NCBI RefSeq assembly: GCF_018977255.1
Contig: NW_024704768.1
Coordinates: 2,914,001 to 2,978,000, forward strand
Direction: 5' to 3'
DNA from: Callorhinchus milii
Lineage: Eukaryota
Length of the DNA stretch: 64,000 nt
Shown: positions 59,676 to 64,000 of the stretch, piece after piece
How the letters are laid out: every line of letters begins with the position of its first letter
Numbering within the stretch: position 1 is the first letter of the stretch
The notes under the pieces: model-generated
The model's database searches: none
What the model saw: the letters and a program-made list of their open reading frames with translations, nothing else
What the model was told of the DNA's origin: nothing
Position numbers and translations under genes: made by a program

Positions 59676-60398
59676 CCTGATTATAGCCCCCAGCTCGGGT
59701 GCAAACCTTTGACTCTCGTCCCGATGTGGAAGGCGATATATAAATGCCATTTATTATGATTATTATTATCATTATCATCGTCGTCGCAGGGACGCGACTG
59801 TGCGCAATGGGCTGCCGCGTTTCGCCCACATAACACACAGTCACTACGCTCCGCAGCGTATCCCGCGAAGCGCTTCGAGACGCCTCAAAGACGTGATAAG
59901 GCGCTGTGTCAAATGCAAGGATTGTGATTGTTATTAATATTATTATTATGATATTATTATAATTATTATTGTTGCTGCTACATTCTACCAACGTACAAAT
60001 AATTTTTCACGACTAGAGGGCGCTGCCACTCAATCAAATCATTCAGTGACGCTGGTGGTCAGGATTCCGGCAGTTTTATCGGTGCAATTGTAGCATCTTT
60101 CGCATCACAGCGAAATGATATAATAATAATAATAATAATCATAATTTGGACCCAGCGCCTCATCACCGTCTTCGGCCGCCTCGAAGCGTAGTGACCGTGT
60201 GATGTGCGGGCGAGACGCGGGTGGCAAATCGCGCACCGCAGCGTAGTGTCCCCCGCGAACAGCCGCGGATTGAAGTGACCCAAATGTATGTATTTATCTA
60301 TTTATCTATTTATCTATTGATCTATTTATTTATTTATTTCTCTGTTTATTCATTAAGTATCTTTCGCATCACAGCAATATCCGGAAGCATTTAATAAC

Positions 60399-60431
<33 letters not shown>

Positions 60432-60563
60432 CATAATAATAATAATAGTCCTCGTGTTTGATAACAGCGCCTCATCGCGTCTCCGAGACAGCTTTTCTGG
60501 GGTTAATAATCCCCTTCAAACAAAAGCTAAAAATAATTACGATAATTATTGCCCTCCTGAGCT

Positions 60564-60680
60564 CAACTGGGGTCCAACTGGGGTCCAACTGGGGTCCAAC
60601 TGGGGTCCAACTGGGGTCCAACTGGGGTCCCACTGGGGTCCCACTGGGGTCCAACTGGGGTCCAACCGGGGTCCAACCCC
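60564..60680. repeat. 11-bp minisatellite AACTGGGGTCC, about 10 copies
   Basis: Directly visible. Confidence 0.95.
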
Positions 60681-61654
60681 CTGACTGTCCAGCGTCTCGT
60701 CCCCACTTGAAAGGCGCTCCGCAAATATAATTTTGCATTTGTATTGCATTGCATCAAATGCAAAGATCATTGTTATTCATATTAACATTATTATTGTCAA
60801 TATCATTATGATTGTTATATTACTATTAGATTATCTTTCATTGTATTGTTACATTGTCATTATATTATTATTTGTATTTTACTATATTATTAGTATTATA
60901 TGACGATATAATTGTTATTATCAATATCATTATTATATTATTATTACACCATTATTAGTATTATTATTGTTATTTTTGGCAGACGCACTCATTTGGGGAA
61001 GGGTCCGGGGAGCTGACACCCCACGTCCCTCGAACGCCAACCTGTTCGCCTTTCAGGGCTGAGAACAGCGGCAGCGACCAACAGTCCTGGGGTTTTTGCC
61101 CCATCCGCCCCCTTCGCCCATCTCCCCCACCATCTCCCCCCCCCCAACCCCCCCATCCCTCCCCACCCCCACACCCCCCACTGGTAGCAATGAACCTAAA
61201 TCATTCGTCTCCAGATCCAAGCGAATTGACTTATTTATTTATTGTTGTCATTTACTTCGGGGGCGTTTTCATGGCAGGAGGGAACTTAACGAGCGATGCG
61301 GGAGCGAATTGATGGCTGTGTGTGTGTGTGTCCCCCCCCCTATTTTATAGCCCTCTGCCCAGTGCCCCCCCCCCCCCACCCCCCAATTTAAACTCTCCTT
61401 TGTAACTGGATCTCGAGCCAAACGCATCACACCAGCCCCAGAGGCTGCGATGGACCCAAACCGCCAGCAAGCGGCGACACACCACTGCGCAGGCGGCGAT
61501 CGACTCGACGCGATGGCTTCGAGAACGTCTCAAAGTGCTTCCCGGGATACGCTGCGAAGCGTAGTGACCGCCTACTTCGTGGGCGAAACCCGGCAGTGCG
61601 CAGCGAGTGATTGTTTTTTTGAGGGATTTTTTTACAGTGCAGATTTACTTTTTT

Positions 61655-61685
<31 letters not shown>

Positions 61686-63769
61686 TATATATAGATATAT
61701 AAAATATATAACTGCTCTGTAAGATGGTTAACTGTGACATAAGGTTTGTAGGTTTGCGCGTGTGAGATAGAGAGAGAGAGAGAGAGAGAGACGGATCAGC
61801 AGGCAATCCAATCGGGCGTGGGGGGGGTAATTATTTGCAAAGTATTTCGGTTCAAAAAAAATTCAAGTGAATAAAAGACAAGAGAAGGGGCAGAGAAATT
61901 CGCAGAGAGAGAAAAAACACCAAAGCTGATCCTCTCTCTCTGTCTCTGTCTCTTTCTCTCTCTCTCTCTCTCTCGCCCGCAAGAACGAGAAATATTTCGC
62001 ACTTCGTAAACAGCGATACATTTATATATATTTCAAAAACATAGACGTTTACGCGCGCTCACGCGCACACGCGGGCACACACGCGGGCACACACGCGCCC
62101 GCGCAGACCGAGAGCAACATCTTTAATGAGAGTGACGTTCGTCTCTTAGTGAGAACTGGTGAGGGGGAAATGTTCCTCGGGGGGCCGTTGGGGTAGTTGG
62201 GGGAGATGGGCTTCTATGGAGACAGTCGTGGAATCTCACCAATGCTCACAGGGAGTACGGCTGTCTATTATGGCCATCCCACAGCCCTTTGTGTTGCTCT
62301 TCCGTGACTAGAAATTGCTGTGTTTTCCCACTCTCTTCCCTTACATACCACTGTCAGTTGCTGTGCGTCTGAAAAGACATAATACCCCAATCCCCCTCAT
62401 GATTTAATGTGATTACCTCCCGGGTCAATAACACTTCGACTTGTTACTGTCGAGAGGTGAGACTGGGAACAATGCGAGGCGAGGGAGAAAGCTAGCGAGA
62501 TGAGTGATGACCGCCTCGAAATAGGCCTGACGGAGAGAGAGAGAGAGAGAGAGAAAAAGGCTGGTAACGCTCTCTCAGCTCTGTGCTCCCAGATGATGAT
62601 GATGATGAGGGGGGAATTGATGCGCCATTTCGACCCAGTGCCGTGTGGCGCCTTTGCCCATCGTGGGCGGGTGCGGTGGTGCGGTGGTGGGCGGGAAATC
62701 GTGGACGCGTTCTCTTTTTTTTTTGCCCATTCCTCCTGTCACTGTCATCCGTTCCTCCATCCGCAGAAGCCCAGCCAGATTAGCACAGAATGGGACTTAG
62801 CGGCATTAGTGGAAACCGAGAAAGCTTTCCGGTTTCCTTGGCCCCCGCTCATTAAAGGCTACTTTCATCCCTGTCCCCAGTCAAGCTGGGATAAAGTGCC
62901 CGCGGCCCATTGAAAACCAGTCGGGCACACTAAAGCGGTAATCCTCGCTTACTATCTTTGCGGCGATGGGAATTAAACAGATTTAGATCAATTATTTGGA
63001 ACCCAGTGAAAGTAAAGCTCACCCCCCACCACCCACACCACCCAACCCTCTCTCTCTCTCTCTCTCTCGCTCTCCCTCCTCCGGTGTTTCGACGACAATC
63101 TGCCTTAAAAAATAACAGTAATGGTCATTTGGTCGCTTCAGTCCACCGCTGCGCGTGGGACGTCGCTGCGCGCCAACGGCCGCCGGCGTTTCGCCCGCAG
63201 AGTGGCGGTCACCGCGCTTCGCCGTGCACCCTGCCGAGGGCTTCCAGACGTCTCAGTGGCACGCTAAGGGGCTACGTGTGAACGCGAGGATTATTAGAAT
63301 TACTGTTCGGATCAGCTCTCTGTTGGCGGAGTCTCAAAAATGATAGGCTGTTTTACTGCGTGAAACCTCGGGCGAGTTTCCTTACTCCACACCCGCGCGC
63401 CGCACACACCCGTTGACCCAGCAGCAGTAAGTGGGAACGCGCTCCGCAGTCGATTCGCGGGGGCACGAATTCCTTCAGAAACACCGATTCGTTCACTGGC
63501 TCCGCGACCGCTTGCGACGACACCGCTGTGCCCAATTGGCTGCCCGCAAAATACAGTCACTGCACTTTGCAGTACATTACGCGAAGCGCTTTTGAGAGAC
63601 GTTCTCGGAGGGTTTCACGGGGTACTCTGTAAAGAGCAGCGACGGTGTCGTTTGTGGGAGATAAGGCGTTGTACCCAACGCGAGGGTTTTCTTTTAAGAT
63701 GGTCACTTGCGTGCAGCGGCGCGGACAGGAACAGAGGCGGAACGGTCGGAAAGCGGGGCTTTAGGTAGA

Positions 63770-64000
63770 GAGTGTTTAATCAGGACCAGTTTTACAGTAT
63801 CGGCATTTGTCACCACTGATCAATGACTCAGAGCATTAAACATAAAATCTAGCAAACATAACCAGACCTACGCAAATTCACAGCACACAGACTGCAACTA
63901 GAAAAAAATCACACGCGGGCGGGCGGGCACTGGGCCGGGGGGGGAAGGGGGCGACGGGGTGGGTGGGGGTTGGTTAGGGGAAAAGGTGGGGTGGTGGTGG
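63770..64000 (-). other. Possible 3'UTR end of the next minus-strand gene (ARF3 would be expected from human synteny)
   Basis: Non-repetitive U/G-rich minus-strand sequence ending in ATTAAA (63775-63780). No coding sequence is visible, so the identity is inference only. Confidence 0.3.

Overview
Gappy, repeat-rich vertebrate genomic DNA, not prokaryotic. The repeat content (tRNA-Ala/Deu-type SINE, L2 and CR1 tails) suggests a cartilaginous fish, probably a holocephalan such as the elephant shark; this is an inference. Six spliced genes were assembled by hand from splice sites. They are the 3' part of tensin-2 (TNS2, +, to 8630), a PH-domain FAPP1/PLEKHA3-like gene with no GLTP domain (+, 17807-25155), TARBP2 (+, 29243-36104), a 3-exon NPFF precursor that the ORF track almost entirely misses (-, 42897-44810), CCDC65/DRC2 (+, 48184-53241) and FKBP11 (-, 53688-57953). 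Five of these are human 12q13 (HOXC-paralogon) genes. Highlights: (1) the PLEKHA3-like gene may be a whole-genome-duplication paralog with no functional counterpart at human 12q13; (2) the NPFF precursor encodes three PQRF-amides; (3) a minimal hammerhead-ribozyme core lies antisense in a likely 3'UTR; (4) the TARBP2 promoter is built from tandem CCAAT+GC-box units; (5) a duplicated splice donor, a GC-AG intron, and an unclassified dispersed repeat that has spawned a minisatellite. Nearly all long ORFs in the track are repeat or gap artefacts. Gene names rest on recalled protein sequences; no database search was run.
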